Source: Camelus dromedarius
Lineage: Eukaryota
Reading direction: 5' to 3'
Length of the DNA: 64,000 bases
Assembly (NCBI RefSeq): GCF_036321535.1
Contig: NC_087436.1
Location: forward strand, 116,500,001 to 116,564,000
Shown: positions 38,289 through 51,762 of the stretch, in pieces
Layout: each line of letters starts with the position of its first letter
Numbering within the stretch: position 1 is the stretch's first letter
Notes under the pieces: generated by a model
What the model was told of the DNA's origin: nothing
Databases searched by the model: none
What the model saw: the letters and a program-made list of their open reading frames with translations, nothing else
Translations under genes and position numbers: made by a program

Positions 38289-38869
38289 CACACAAACACA
38301 CACACACACACACACCCCTATGTTATATGATATACTAGTTAATAATACATGGAATAGAGAAAAATATGGTAAAGGCAGTGGATAGAGCTTTTCATCACTT
38401 GGTATTCCAGGGAGTAAAAACAAGATTGTGAATCTGGTAGCAGAGACGCCTCACTGAGAAAGTGATAATTGATATAAAAATCTGGAGATGAGTCAGTGAG
38501 TCAGGCTGTACACACGATGGAAGCAATGAAAACTGTTCAGATCCTACATATATTTTGAACTTAAAGCTGATAGAATTTGTTGATGGAGTAAAAGTGGGGG
38601 CATTAATGGAAGGATCATTGGGAGAAGAGAGAGCTCATACTTGGTCATATTTAACTTGAGAGCAATTAAACACTTAAGTAGAGAGTTCTTGAGTTCAAGG
38701 AAAAAGTGATGATACAAAATTTGGAGTCATCAGTATATGGATAGGATTTAAAAAAACACTACAGTAGATGAAATTCCCTCAGGAATGAGACACAGAAAAT
38801 AAATAAGGAGACCAAGGACTGAGCCCTCAGACATTCTAAACTAAGAGGCTAGGAGGTGAATAGGATCCA

Positions 38870-39354
38870 ATGGGTATATTTATGCAATGGAATACTACTC
38901 AGCCATGAAAAGGAATAAAATAATGCCATGTGCTGCAACGTGGATGGACATGGAGACAGTCGTTCTAAATGAAGTAAGTTAGAAAGAGAAAGAAAAATAC
39001 CATATAATATCACTCATATATGGAGTCTAAAAAAAGGAAAAAGACAACACTAATTAACTTATTTACAAAACAGAAACAGACTCACAGACATAGAGAACAA
39101 ACTTATGGTTACTGGGGGAAAAGGGGGTGGGATGGGATAAATTGAGAGTTCAAAATTTGCAAATATTAACTACAATATATACAGATAAGCAAGTATCTTC
39201 TGTATATCACAGGGAACTATATTCAATATCTTGTAGTAATCTATAATGGAAAAAAGTATGAAAACAAATATATGTATATGTATGATTGAAACATTATGCT
39301 GTACACCAGAAATTGACACATTGTAAACTGACTATATTTCAAGGGAAAAAAAAA
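38870..39354 (+). mobile_element. 5'-truncated camelid L1 (older 3' UTR type)
   Basis: atggaatactactcagccat...gaaattgacacattgtaaactgactatatttcaa plus A tail; no clear TSD. Confidence 0.92.
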
Positions 39355-39780
39355 GATTGAAAAGGAACATCCAGCAAGTTAGGAAGAAAACCAAAATGCG
39401 CTTGGAAGCCAAGGAAAGACACAGTTTAAAGAAGTTACAATTCAAATATGTTGCATGCCAGTGATAAGTCAAGAAAGAGTTATTTTTTAATTCAACAGAT
39501 GCTAATTGAAGGCTTACTATGTGCTAATAACTGTCCTAAGATACAACAATGAACAAAACAGATAAGCATCCTTGCTTTAACGAAGTTTACCTCCTAGTCA
39601 ACTAAGATTTGACCAGAAGATTCAGCATGTGGAGACAATCAGTCCTTTACAAAGACATTTTACCTAGCCATGGGGGGAAGTCTAATTGGAATGGGACCAA
39701 GCAATTAGAGACAATAAGTTCTATGTTTGAGAATTTTTGCTTTAAAGATAAGAAGGAAAATAGTGAAGGAGAAGGAAGGG

Positions 39781-40314
39781 TGTGATGGTTAATTTTATGT
39801 GTCAGTTTGACTTAGCCATTGGTGCCTAGAAATTTGTTCAAACATTATTCTATGTTTTTCCATAAAGGTGTTTTGGATGAAATTAACATTTAAATCAGTA
39901 GATTGATGTAAGCAGATTGCTCTCCTTAATGTGGATGGGCCTTGTCCAATCAGTTGAAGATCTCAATAGAACAAAAATGCTTATTCTTCTCTGAGTAAGA
40001 GAACTCTTTTTGTATGCCAACCTTTGAACTGGAACATAGGCTTTCTTCTGCCTCAGAACTTGAACTGAAACATTGGGTCTTCCTGGTTCTCGAGCTTGAT
40101 GGCCTTTGAAATGGAATCTATGTCATTGGTTCTCCAGGGTCTCCAGCTTACCAACTCACTCTACAAATCTTGGGACTTGTCAGCCTCCATAACCATGTGA
40201 GTCAATTCCTTGAAACAAATCTCTCAATATATCTATATCCACAGATGTGGACCTAGATACAGATATATACACATCCTATTAGTTCTATTTTTCTGGAGAA
40301 TCCTGAGTAACACA
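39781..40314 (+). mobile_element. MLT2B-type ERV-L solo LTR, full length
   Basis: TGTGATGGTTAATTTTATGTGTCA...ttctggagaatcctgagtaacaCA. Confidence 0.92.
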
Positions 40315-40519
40315 GAGGTCAAGAGAGGTTTGTTGGTTTGTTTTTTTTGTTTGTTTGTTTAATATGCAAGAAATAGCCACATGCTGCATTTTAATAAAGA
40401 AGGCCCTGTAGAGAGGGTAAGAAAATAGATGATGCAAGATGAGGGGGTAGAATAGTTGGAGTGATACTCTTGGACAGAAGGGAAGAGATTGGATCTGACA
40501 TACAAATAGAGACACTAGC

Positions 40520-40978
40520 TGTATTGAGTTGAATTGTGCCCTCAGGAAGACGTGTTCAATTCCTAACTCCCACAACCTGACTGATCTTACTTGGAAAAAG
40601 GGTCTGTGAAGATGTAATCAAATTAAGAGGTGGTACTACTGGATGAAGGTAGACTCTAAAATCCAGTGACTGGTGTCCTTCCAAGAAGGTTGGGTGAAGA
40701 CACAGGGGACACAGGGCACCCAGGGGAGAATGCTATGTGTCAATGGAGGCAGAGATGGGAATAATATACTTCCAATCCAAGAAGCACTATAGGTGTTCAG
40801 CAGAAGCCAGCAGGAGGCAACGAAGGAACGTCCTCTAGCATCTTCAGAGGGAGAATGGCTCTGCTGCCATCTTGAGCTCAGATTTCTAGTCTCCAGGGTT
40901 GGTAGAAAATAAATTTCTGTTGTTTTAAGACACCCTGTTTGTGGTACTTTGTCTTGGCATTTCTTGGAAAATAATAAA
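40520..40978 (+). mobile_element. MLT1B/C MaLR solo LTR
   Basis: tgtattgagttgaattgtgccc...aataaatttctgttgttttaag; perfect 5-bp TSD ctagc at 40515-40519 and 40979-40983. Confidence 0.92.
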
Positions 40979-41904
40979 CTAGCTCTAATGGCATCCATAA
41001 CCATTTCAAGGAAGGGAGTGGCAAAGTTATGAGAACATAAAATCTACGTTGTGCTTAAGAATAACAAGCTGTTTTACGGGCTCGGAGAGAAAGAGCACTG
41101 GTGTATATCTTAAGAGGGGCTACGTGGGCTTCATTGTATCCATTCCTTTATTGTCCCTTCTCTCCAAGTTTCTGGACTAAAAGCCAACGCATAGAGAGGT
41201 AGGTCAAAAGGGACATAAGTATCAATTCTAGACATTTTTTCAAGTAATCTACAACTTCCCATTCAGCTGTGTGTGGGGAATTTTGCAATGGAGGCCAAAG
41301 TAAAGGTTTCTTCCCAGACCTTCCTGGAATTTCAGGGATAGATCTGGCCACACTATCAGGCCTGTGGGGCCCATAGGACTGTCAGAATGAGCAGTCTGCC
41401 CAGAAACACACACCTGCTTCTAGAAGGCAGGCCCGAGATCTCTCTAGGTATATCAGCTCCTTTGAGGAGATGTGAGGAAGAGAGCAAAAGGAGGGAGAAC
41501 AGGAATGGTCCCCCTTACACTGTCTCCCTGGAGGACAACTGTGGAAGCTCCCTTTCCTCTGAAAGCACAGAGGGAAGAGCTAAGGAGTTCTGGTCTAATA
41601 ATAATGGGCCCTGAGTATCAGGCTAAGAGATTATACAACTCAGTAGCAAAGATTACTTGTAGCTATGGAAATTTGCATTTCCATAACGCTGTACAGCACT
41701 TAATGGTACCCCAGTGGGCAAATATAGTTATGGTGCTTCTTAAGTCTAATTACAATGAAGTCTAAGCCAAAAAGCTACATATGAAAAAGTGTTTGAATTC
41801 TAGCCAACCCAACATTTAATATAGCAAAATTCCAACAAAACAAAAAATGCAGACATTCCCACGACTCTTTTTAAAATAAATTTTATTGTCCTAGAAAAAT
41901 CACA

Positions 41905-42020
41905 ACTTTCAGCTTCAGAGCATCTGTATTTAAATTCTGACTCTGTCAGTCACAGATGATATTAAGCAAGACACGTCACCTTCCTGACTCTCAATTTCAC
42001 CATCTGATAAGAAACATTGA
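41905..42020 (+). mobile_element. MIR fragment
   Basis: aaattctgactctgtca...ctgactctcaatttcaccatctg. Confidence 0.6.
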
Positions 42021-43719
42021 TATTTGTTTCAAATACATCTCAGTCCATGTTGAGGATGATCCTACATCCAGTGTGCCCAGGTCAACCCCAGATCGTTGCC
42101 TAAGTTTAATCATGATACTACCCAGAATTGCTCAATAAAATTATACGATCACCCAACTCATATGTGACTTTATGAAAGGAAGCTGAGAGTTTTGAAATTA
42201 TGTACGAACATAAGTTGCAGTGATGAGAATGGTAGTCCCTAAGCAGTCTCCATAATAAAAAGAAGCGTTTTTTGTTGTTGGCTTCTATACAATAGCCTGC
42301 CTGTAAATGTGTAGCATGTCTCAATAAAGGATTGATGTGTATGAGTGAATGAGTATATGAACTTGTGTTTGGAGGGGTGAGGAGGCATTCTTGAAATCAA
42401 GTAAATCTTTTCAGCTAAGCATATCACAGATAGATTTTTCTGCAGAAAAACTAAGGGACACAGTAGGAGCTAAGGTGAATATAACATCAACAGTAGGCCA
42501 GATGCCACCACTTGAACTCTTTTGATATTTATGTCTATACATAAGCTGAAATATAACTAAATTCTTACCACAACTTTGTGAAGTAAGCATTGGGAAACCC
42601 ACTGGATAACTGTGGGAACAGACAACAACACACTTATTGGAAAATTGTGGAAACAACTGGACAATTGGTAAAGTTGAACAGTGCCCATCTTAGCAATGGA
42701 ACCAGGTTTTTGAATCCATTTCTTCCCAAAGCCTTGCTCTTTCTCATATCTACTGATCCTTGATATAATCCATCACTTCAGAGTTAAGGACGTGTTTGAG
42801 AAAATGGAATGGGGGCAAGAGGTGAAACTCATATCCCATTCTCTGCTCCATCAAAATCATCTGACATGTACATCACTACCAGTGGGTGAGGAGGACAGAT
42901 CTGATGGTGTCATCACAGAGGACCGAGCCCAAAAACACTGCAGAGAAACTGACCTGGAAAAACAAGCTACTTAAGCACAGCCCATGCAAAATCCAATAAA
43001 GGTGCAGACTCCCAGCAAACACTAAATGTCTGAAAAACATCTTTCCAGAGCTACTGATGTCACCAACTGGAGCACATGGAGCCCAGGTTTAGCTGTGCTA
43101 AGGGAATAAGTATCCATATTTGAACACCAAGTACCAAGAACTGGCAAAAAAAACCTTTGCTTATGACAAGTAAAAACTCTAGGCTGTTTCTTTTTAATTC
43201 CACCCCCATAGTGCCTTCCACCCACTTCCCTCACCCAGCCTCCACTGAGCTAGGGGGCCCTGCATTTCTGCCAAGACTGCAGAAAGAGAAAGGGAGATGA
43301 GGAATGCTGCATTTCAACTTTGACATTCTCTGCCTCCTCCTACCAGATGCCTCTTAATGTGGCTTTCTACAGGAAAAGCAACTGGAGGGGAAAAACCCAG
43401 TTAAGTGACTGTCACACTACTCCCTGGATGAATTTTGTTCTCTCTTATTTCTTTTCCCAGTATATCTATTCTGAAAGGCATTTGCATAGCTCTGGTTGCC
43501 AGCCAGCATACGTCAGGTGTTCTAGTTGAAACCCACCTATGCATTATGTGCTGGATAAAATTGTATAAATAATTCTGAAAAGTTAGCCATAACCATAGCC
43601 TCTCTAGTTATCCATAGGTGGGCAAGGGGAGTGAAATCTCTAAACACATATACATACCAGTGTCATTGGATATGGCTGCTGTTTTTTTTTTCTTTGCTCT
43701 GCTTGCATATTTTTCAATT

Positions 43720-44171
43720 ATATGAATAATACAATTTGATGCATTTTCATAAATGTATGAAATCCTGTAACCACAACCACAATCAATATATGGAACATTT
43801 CCATTGTCCCAGAAACTTCAGTCATGTCCCTTTCCAGTCAAACCCACCAGCAACCTAGCACCCCACTCCCAGCCCACCTCAGAGGGGCAACCACTTATTT
43901 GACTTCCATCACCATAAATTTATGTTTACCTGTTCTTGAACATCATATAAAATGAAGCATATAGTATTACTCTCTTGTTCTGCCATTTTTGTTGTTGTTC
44001 ATTCACTGTGTATGTATTGGTATGTTATGTCCATCCATTTTGTTGGACTTTGGATTGTTTCCAGTCTTTTCTCTATTATGAATAAAGCTGCCATCAGTTT
44101 TCTTATACATATCTCTCTCATAGACATATGTATTCATTTGTTGGGGGTAAATACCTAAAGAATAAATTGAT
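43720..44171 (-). mobile_element. Old L1 3' UTR (L1ME/L1MB-like)
   Basis: tgtaaccacaaccacaatcaatatatggaacatttcc...ttggattgtttccagtc...tatgaataaagctgc. Confidence 0.8.
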
Positions 44172-45480
44172 GCACTCCCTTACACCATACACAAAAATAA
44201 ACTCAAAATGGATCAAAGACTTAAACATAAGACAAGATACAATAAACCTCCTAGAAGAAAATATAGGCAAAACATTATCCAACATACATCTCAAAAATGT
44301 TCTCCTAGGGCAGTCTACCCAAGCAATAGAAATAAAAGCAAGAATAAACAAATGGGACCTAATGAAACTTATAAGCTTCTGCACAGCAAAGGAAACCATA
44401 AGTAAAGCAAAATGACAACCTATGGAATGGGAGAAAATTTTTGCAAATGAAACCAACAAAGGCTTGATCTCCAATATATATAAGCAGCTCATATGACTTA
44501 ATAAGAAAAAAAACAAACAACCCAATCCAAAAATGGGCCAAAGACCTAAATAAGCAATTCTCCAAGGAAGACATATGAATGATCAATAGGCACATGAAAA
44601 AATGCTCAATATCACTAATTATCAGAGAAATGCAAATCAAAACTACAATGAGGTATCACTTCACACCACTCAGAATGGCCATCATTCAAAAATCTACAAA
44701 TGACAAATGCTGGAGAGGCTGTGGAGAAAAGGGAACCCTTCTACACTGCTGGTGGGAATGAAGTTTGGTGCAGCCACTGTGGAAAACAGTATGGAGATTC
44801 CTCAAAAGACTAGGAATAGACTTACCATATGACCCAGGAATCCCGCTCCTGGGCATATATCCAGAAGGAACCCTACTTCAAAAAGACACTTGCACCCCAA
44901 TGTTCATTGCAGCACTATTTACAATAGCCAAGACATGGAAACAGCCTAAATGTCCATCAACAGATGACTGGATAAAGAAGAGGTGGTATATTTATACAAT
45001 GGAATACTATTCAGCCATAAAAACTGACAACATAACACCATTTGCAGCAACATGGATGCTCCTAGAGAATGTCATTCTAAGTGAAGTAAGCCAGAAAGAG
45101 AAATAAAAATACCATATGAAATCGCTCATATGTGGAATCTTAAAAAAAAAAAAAAAGAACATAAATACAAAACAGAAACAGACTCATAGACATAGAATAC
45201 AAACTTGTGGTTGCCAAGGGGGCGGGGAGTGAGAAGGGACAGACTGGGATTTCAAAATGTAGAATAGATAAACAATATTATACTGTATAGCACAGGGAAA
45301 TATATACAAGATCTTCTGGTAGCTCACAGAGAAAAAAATGTGACAATGAATATATGTATGTCCACATGTAACTGAAAAATTGTGCTCTACACTGGAATTT
45401 GACACAACACTGTAAAATGACTATAACTCAATCAAGAAATGTTAAAAAAATAAATAATTGAAAAAATAAAAAATAATTTT
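44172..45480 (+). mobile_element. Young camelid L1, 5'-truncated (~1.3 kb): disabled ORF2 C-terminus, 3' UTR and A tail
   Basis: SLTPYTKINSKWIKDLN...; [31 protein letters not shown]; stops at 44413, 44494, 44576 and 44759; no convincing TSD. Confidence 0.97.
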
Positions 45481-47479
45481 AAAAAGAAGAAAAGAGGAGG
45501 AGATGAAAACAAAAGGTGTCATGCCTTCAGAATATGCATAATCTTTTCTCATATCCTTCTTAACTGACTTCGGCAGAAGCCAAACATGATAATCCATGCA
45601 GTCTTCACCAAGCTATGCAGTCCCATCCAGCCCCTGGGCTTACACATGAGCGATAATTTAAAAATTAAAAAAAAATCAAAGTCTTCTGTGCTCGAAATTG
45701 CAATAGCCCTCATCGTCCTACTCTTCATCGCATACACACTTGGGAAATACATCCTCTGACTCTTGGGTCCCTCTAGCTGCTTTTGGAATTGATCCAATGA
45801 TTTAGTGACTACCAAGAAGTCCAACAGAGCAAAAAGTTCCAAGCTACTTCCTGCTAATTAGCCCAGGCGGCTTTGAAGGTCCCAGCTGTGCGACTGGTTT
45901 TCATGTGCAGTGTCCCCAGTTAGGCCAACTCTGCCTGAAATGTCTGGAGTCAGAACTTGGTAATCAGTAGAGGGACACATCAAGCTAACATAAGGTCAAG
46001 GGAGATTTCCTTGAGAGGTTCCCCCAAGACAACACTTCAAAATAATTTACCAGAGTAAAAACTATGTTTCTTATTTATTATGAAAATAAATGTTCAGTCC
46101 TTGAGAGAGAAATGCATCCATGTTAAAAACCTGGCCATTTCTCTTAATGCTATAACCTGAAGGAAAAACCGTCAGGGTTTTTTTGTCTGACTTGCCTGAC
46201 CCTCCATTCTCATAGTTTGACATAAACTCTCCATTGATGACAGGCTTTCCTCTCCTTTCCTTTCTTTTTGGTCAAAAGGTCCATGTTGGCCTGCTGACTG
46301 AGGAATCTGTTTATCTCTAAGCACCTGCCATGTAAATGCTACTTCCTAAGAAAAGTGGTCTTCTTTCTTGCATAAATTGTATAGAAGACACATTGATCAC
46401 AGTGCCTTCCAGGCCGACAGCCCCTTCGAAAGGAAACTGCCCACCCACAGGACCTGAAGAAGTGGATAATGCCAAGAGACAAGACTGATCAGCCAGGGCA
46501 GGCAATCCATGACCAAACCGGTGCCCTGTCGTCTTGCATTCAAGTGGAAAGTCAGTCTGAGCCAATCAAATGTCTTTTTCTCTCTGCAGTCCAAACAGAA
46601 ATTCTGAACAAAAGTAGCCTGAGCAACAGAAGCAGCTGCTCTAAGCCATAGCAGCATGCGAGGTTAGAGGGGACATGCTGGATCTCGAGTGAGCCAAAGT
46701 GATGAGTAGTCTTTGAAACAGAGAAATGAATACAAGGCGAACACAGCCAGCTGGCAAAAAGAGGAAGCTGGACACATATAAAATGTGAGGTCACCCTGAG
46801 ATGGTGAATGGACCCAAGAGGTCCCTGGCACAACCTTGGCTCCTGAAAGCTCCATGGTCTTCTAGATCCTGGACTGGTCCTTGCCCATGTGCATCTTCAC
46901 AGCTTCCTCTTCACTTAAGGTGCAATAAGCTCAGGTTCCTTATTAGAATGTGGGCAATGTGCTTTGGGGTGGAAACAGCCCTGGACCCCCTCTTAAAGAT
47001 TTGTACCAGAGGCTGTTGCATGATCTGGAAGTGATCTCCTAAGGGTTGGGCAGGAGGAATCATGCCCCTCCGACGGGCCCTGACATAAGTGCTCCCTAGC
47101 GAAGCTATGTAGCTGGAGAGGTAAGTACCTAGTCCAAGTCAGTGATCCCATCTGGAACATATAAAAGCTTTCTGAACAAAGTTAAACTTGGACTGCTGTC
47201 ACACAAAATACTGCGCCTGGAAGATCCTGCCTCCCTGAAGCTGCTATGAGTTTCAGTCAGAAAACACAGACAACGTCCCTACTGGGAGGCTTCCAAGGCT
47301 CCGGTGTGGTTTGTGGAATAGTCCTTTATCCCCACCCCAACACATACAACCACCACCCCTGAATACCATCTTCTGTCCCCTTCTAACCAAGATCCTGCAG
47401 AACCTAATACTTCTCCTCTTTCTGCTCCTCCCCAGGCCTATAAATGGGGGCTTTTCATTGTTTTGGTTTTGCTTTTATC

Positions 47480-47880
47480 TATCAGATCCTGAGGCCAATT
47501 CAAATTATTATTATTTTTACCACAAATCAGTAGCAGTCTTACCATAAAAGCAATATATGTTTACTATATATGATCTGAAAAACACAAAAGAAATGACAGA
47601 AGAAACAAAATTTCCAACCCCGAGACAACCAATATTAACATTTTAGTATTAAATATTATTTTTCTGTCTTATTTTTCTATGAATACATTATTTGTAGATA
47701 TGCAATCTGATATTTTTGAATTACATAAATTCTATTACCTTTTAACATTTTTTCATAAGTATTTTAGGTTATCATTAAATATCTTCAAAAACATCATTTT
47801 CAAGTTGCTGCAGAATATCCTATCAGATGAAAAGACAACAATTTACTCAGCCATCTCTCTATTGCACATTTAGTTCAGTG
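47480..47880 (-). mobile_element. Very old L1 3' fragment (L1ME-like)
   Basis: gagacaaccaatattaacattttagtat...gttgctgcagaatatcc...aatttactcagcca. Confidence 0.55.
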
Positions 47881-48009
47881 CTTCAAAGACCTTAGTTCTT
47901 CCAGAGCAGTCTGGATTATAATGCTGGGTCTCACTGTTGCACAGATGGCAAGTGCACCAGATGATATGGGAGATCAGAGGCTGGATGGTGCAGGAACTCA
48001 GAGTAACCT

Positions 48010-48222
48010 CAGCAAACATCCCACCTGCATTTAATCCCAGCTGAACCATTTGCTTTGCGCATGACCTCTTGAAAGTTGTTTAATATCCTGAGCTTCAATT
48101 TCCTCATCTCTGAAATGGGGATAGTAAAAGTAGAGTTGTTTGGAAGATTAAATGAGTTAATATCTTCAATCGGCTTGTGATAGTACCTGGTGCATTAAGC
48201 TGTTTTAATCAGTTCATTATTG
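48010..48222 (+). mobile_element. MIR
   Basis: ctgagcttcaatttcctcatctctgaaatggggatagtaa...gaagattaaatgagttaata. Confidence 0.85.
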
Positions 48223-48383
48223 TTAGGAGGAAATAGCCCATGTCTGATGTTGACTTTCTTGTTGGTGGACATCTTTGGTTAATCCATGACATCCTTCACA
48301 TTCTCCCCTTCCCCTGTTATTCTTCAGGGGAACAGGGTGGACCTTGTTGGTGGGAGTTCAAAAGAAGAAATGAGTATGTGCAG

Positions 48384-48835
48384 TGTAGTGGGTTGAATAG
48401 TGGCCCCCCAAAAAAGATATGCCCAAGTCTTAATACCAGAAACCTATGAATGAGATCTAATATGGCAAAGAGGCTTCTGTCAATCTTGAGATGAGTCATC
48501 CTGGATTTAGGGTAGGTCCTAAATCCAATGATAGGTGTCTTTTAAAAGAAAAGCAGCAGAAGATTTGACAGAGAGACAGAAAATAAAGTGATGTGGCATC
48601 CCGTGTGAAGATGGAGATGAGAACGAATGTGGCCACAAGCCAAGGAATGGCCAGAGCAATCAGGAGCTGGAAGAGGCAAGGAAGGATTCTCCCCTAGAGC
48701 CTGCAGAGGGAGTGTAACCCTGTTGACACCTTGATTTTGGACTTCTGGCCTCCAGGTCTGTGGGAGAAGAGGTTTCTGTTGTTTCAAGCACCCACCCTCC
48801 CAGCTGGTCACAGCAGCCACAGGAGAACTAGTACG
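48384..48835 (+). mobile_element. MLT1C-type MaLR solo LTR
   Basis: tgtagtgggttgaatagtggcccccc...ggattctcccctagagcct...ttttggacttctggcctccag. Confidence 0.92.
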
Positions 48836-49970
48836 TGTAACCTGGTCCCTTTTGCTTGGTGGTAAAGAGCCCATTGGGACCATGTGACTGGCTCTGCCTC
48901 TCTAGGTCACAATCCTTACGTGGGTGGCCCCCACACAGGCCTGGCTGGTGCATTTGGTGCTGCTGATGCCGGGGTGGATGAACCCGTGTAAGAAGATCAG
49001 GGAGTCCACCTGCCAGCAGATACAAGTCCTTTTCCTCCATTTCAGCGTTATCAGTATTAAAATAGATCATTAGATCTCCGTATGTATTACTCCTTCTTTG
49101 CTCACTCTTAGTGTTTAGAACTCAGGAAGAAGATCCTAGAAGCTATGATAAACTTTTGTTACTTCCATCTTTAAACTCATCTTTTGTAACTGCTCTGAGG
49201 TTAAGAGTGATATTCTTTTATGGATGGAGCTGGATATGCTTAACTGCTTTCATAATGCTATCATTTTACACCACTTCATATATTTTCCTTTTCTTTGTGG
49301 ACGATTTCTGAAGATTTCTGCCCTGTCTCAGGCTCCTATGATCTCAGCATTGAGTGTTGGACGCTTGCCTGAGGCTTGTTTTTTCAGTTTGCTCTCTCTT
49401 CATTTCTCAACACTAATCCAATATTGTGTTAGATTTACTCAGACTCTTCGGGCTTGATCCACCATCATCGCTCCACTTCCTGGGCAACTGTGTCACGCTG
49501 TTTTCATACCAGGTTCCTCTGCTCCATCTCCAGTTGGCAGCACTCTCTGAGCCTCCCAATTGTGTATTAATAAACCCTATAATGGTGAGTAATGTCACAA
49601 TTCTGATATGGATTCTCATTCCCTGTGATAACAAAAATGTAAAATATGGCATGGTGTTTTTATTGGAATTTTATGCACCGTAATTTTTAAGCTGTTTCTC
49701 CAGTTTAATCAAATTTATCTTGCATATACAAAATTTGGTCTTTCCTGAGACCCATGCCTGCAACTCCACCTTATTAACAAAGTTCTTGCTGCTAATTGTG
49801 AACTAAGTCACGTGATGCCTTGTGATGTTTCATAATGATGCTATATTCCCAATTCTTATTTGTTCAATGAGAATATAAGTTCTTGGATAGGTTTTTTCCT
49901 CAAAGTTTAGTGTGTGTGTTGGTGAGGGGGCTTTGCCCAGGTCTCTATACTTTAGAAGTTCCCTTGAAGT

Positions 49971-50017
49971 ACACACACAGATACACACACACACACACAC
50001 AAACACATGCACACACA
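49971..50017. repeat. Imperfect (CA)n microsatellite
   Basis: Direct reading. Confidence 0.9.
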
Positions 50018-50344
50018 TTTAGCAAAGGAAAGAGAGATGCCTCTTTTACTTGCAATCAGGTGCTTCATGCTGGTGCAGTACAACCCTTAACCACACACAT
50101 CTTCTCTCATGATCCACACTAGTCAGGTCCCAGAGAAAGGCTTCCCATATCTCTTGCCCTGTATACTTGAAGAAGAGATGACTGCATCCAAATGACTTAA
50201 AAGTTTGTGGGTTATACTTATTGCTGACTTTGAACATGGATGCTGCTTCAGAATCCAGGGAGGATTTGAGCAGAGGAAGTACTAAGAAAAGACAGATTAA
50301 TTAATTTATCAGATCTTTCCTTTTAGATGGCTTGAATGCATTAA

Positions 50345-50551
50345 ATTATTGCATAGAGGGAAAAGTTTTGCAATAATTACAAGAGTCCATCTTGTTCTAA
50401 TTCATGCTACTGGAGATATGCAAAAATAAGTATGGAATAGAACATATTTTAATAGTTTTTTATTTGTAACTTTTAAATATTTGGACATATGGTGTGTGGG
50501 CTTACATGTATTCTCCTGCTCTGGGCCCTGCAAATGAGAGGGGTGGGACTT
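50345..50551 (+). mobile_element. hAT-Tip100 MITE end (MER96B-like)
   Basis: atatttggacatatggtgtgtgggct...ctgggccctgcaaatgagaggggtggg; strand is nominal. Confidence 0.6.
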
Positions 50552-51494
50552 CCTGGAAGGAGGCACTCAGGTCTAATGCCCCTGAGCCTACCCTCAGTAT
50601 TTAGCTCAAGACTGCTCTGCATTTGGGAAGTGTCAATGCACGTTTATCAGATGAATCAGAGCTAAATATCAGAGGCTGAATCTTCTTTCAGTTAAGAGAA
50701 AGTGACTTGTTTTGAGATCCACATCTAGGGAGCCTGAATGAGCTTATCAGGAGAACCTCAGGCGGAAACCACTTTCAATGAGTTAGAGGGGAGTATGACC
50801 AGGGCACCCCTGCAGGCAGAGACAGGAAGCAGTAGCAGGAAAAGTGCTTTTGAGAACTGAATAGAGTCTTGAAGATTAGGCTTATCCTAAAATGTGCCAT
50901 TTTTCTCTCCTGTAACTGGGGATGCAAATAAAGTTTCTCCCACAAAAGAAGGAAGCAGAGACCATGGGGATAATCCCAGGAAGAGGACAGTGCAGGGAGA
51001 TAGGGAAACTTCTGCCAGTGGATCTTCACAAACCACGTAGAAATGCTGCTGCACAAAAGCCACAAGGGCTGAACTTTGAGTGCAGCAGAGAATTCCACAT
51101 CCCCCTCATCAATTAATATACCAGAAGTAAAGTAGCCAGCACTCCCAAGATGGACTAGTGAGGTTGGAGATTCTGCAGAAGCAGAGCATTGGAACCCTAG
51201 AAAGGAGATGGTGGTGGTTGTATATGTTCACCAGATCATAATCAATAGAAATTTATAAATAGTTTATTCTATAGGTATGATTTTTCTCAACAAATGCCCT
51301 TATCTTTGTGAAATCCTAAACCAAGAACTTGGTCAAGCATAACCAAGAAAGGGCTCATGCTATTGAGAATATTAGCAAAAATTCTAGTGCCTAGATAGGA
51401 TAAAACAGGAAAACACACTTCTCACTGAATGGCAAAAAGAAAAATAAATAAATAAAATGAGAATAAAGCTAATGCATAATGCAAATGCCATTCT

Positions 51495-51695
51495 CTAAGA
51501 CCCTTTAATGTATTATATTATTCAATCATAATAACACTTGGAGAAAGCTCGTGTCCTCCCTGAGTTACAAATTAGTAATTTAGGATGCACAGAGTGTAAT
51601 CAATATGCCCAAGATCGTAAAGCTAGTAAATGGCCCTGCTAAGATTCAGATTCAGGACATCTCACTGTGAATCCCTGATTCTTGGCACTTAACAA
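51495..51695 (-). mobile_element. MIR
   Basis: attcaatcataataacac...tgcccaagatcgtaaagctagtaaatggc. Confidence 0.7.
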
Positions 51696-51762
51696 TCTCT
51701 GGTCCCGGTACTAACACGTATATAGTTTACTTGAGACTATGTGCAGAGGACGTTATTAGCAG

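Larger units (their letters stand above)
37785..39780 (-). mobile_element. L2 LINE 3' region, fragmented by later insertions
   Basis: atttattaagcaattactgtgttccag...tacattctaatggtagaggtagacaataaaca; aatttggagtcatcagtatatggatagg; ccaaggactgagccct. Confidence 0.8.

Noticed and set aside
44128..45106. L1 ORF2 pieces as a functional reverse-transcriptase gene
   Set aside because: 5'-truncated, with no endonuclease or RT domain and several stops.
50730..51440. Unassigned purine-rich blocks (also 41000-41700 and 13380-14220) as novel elements
   Set aside because: They probably are decayed ancient LTRs, but I cannot support a family call or any function without a Dfam search.
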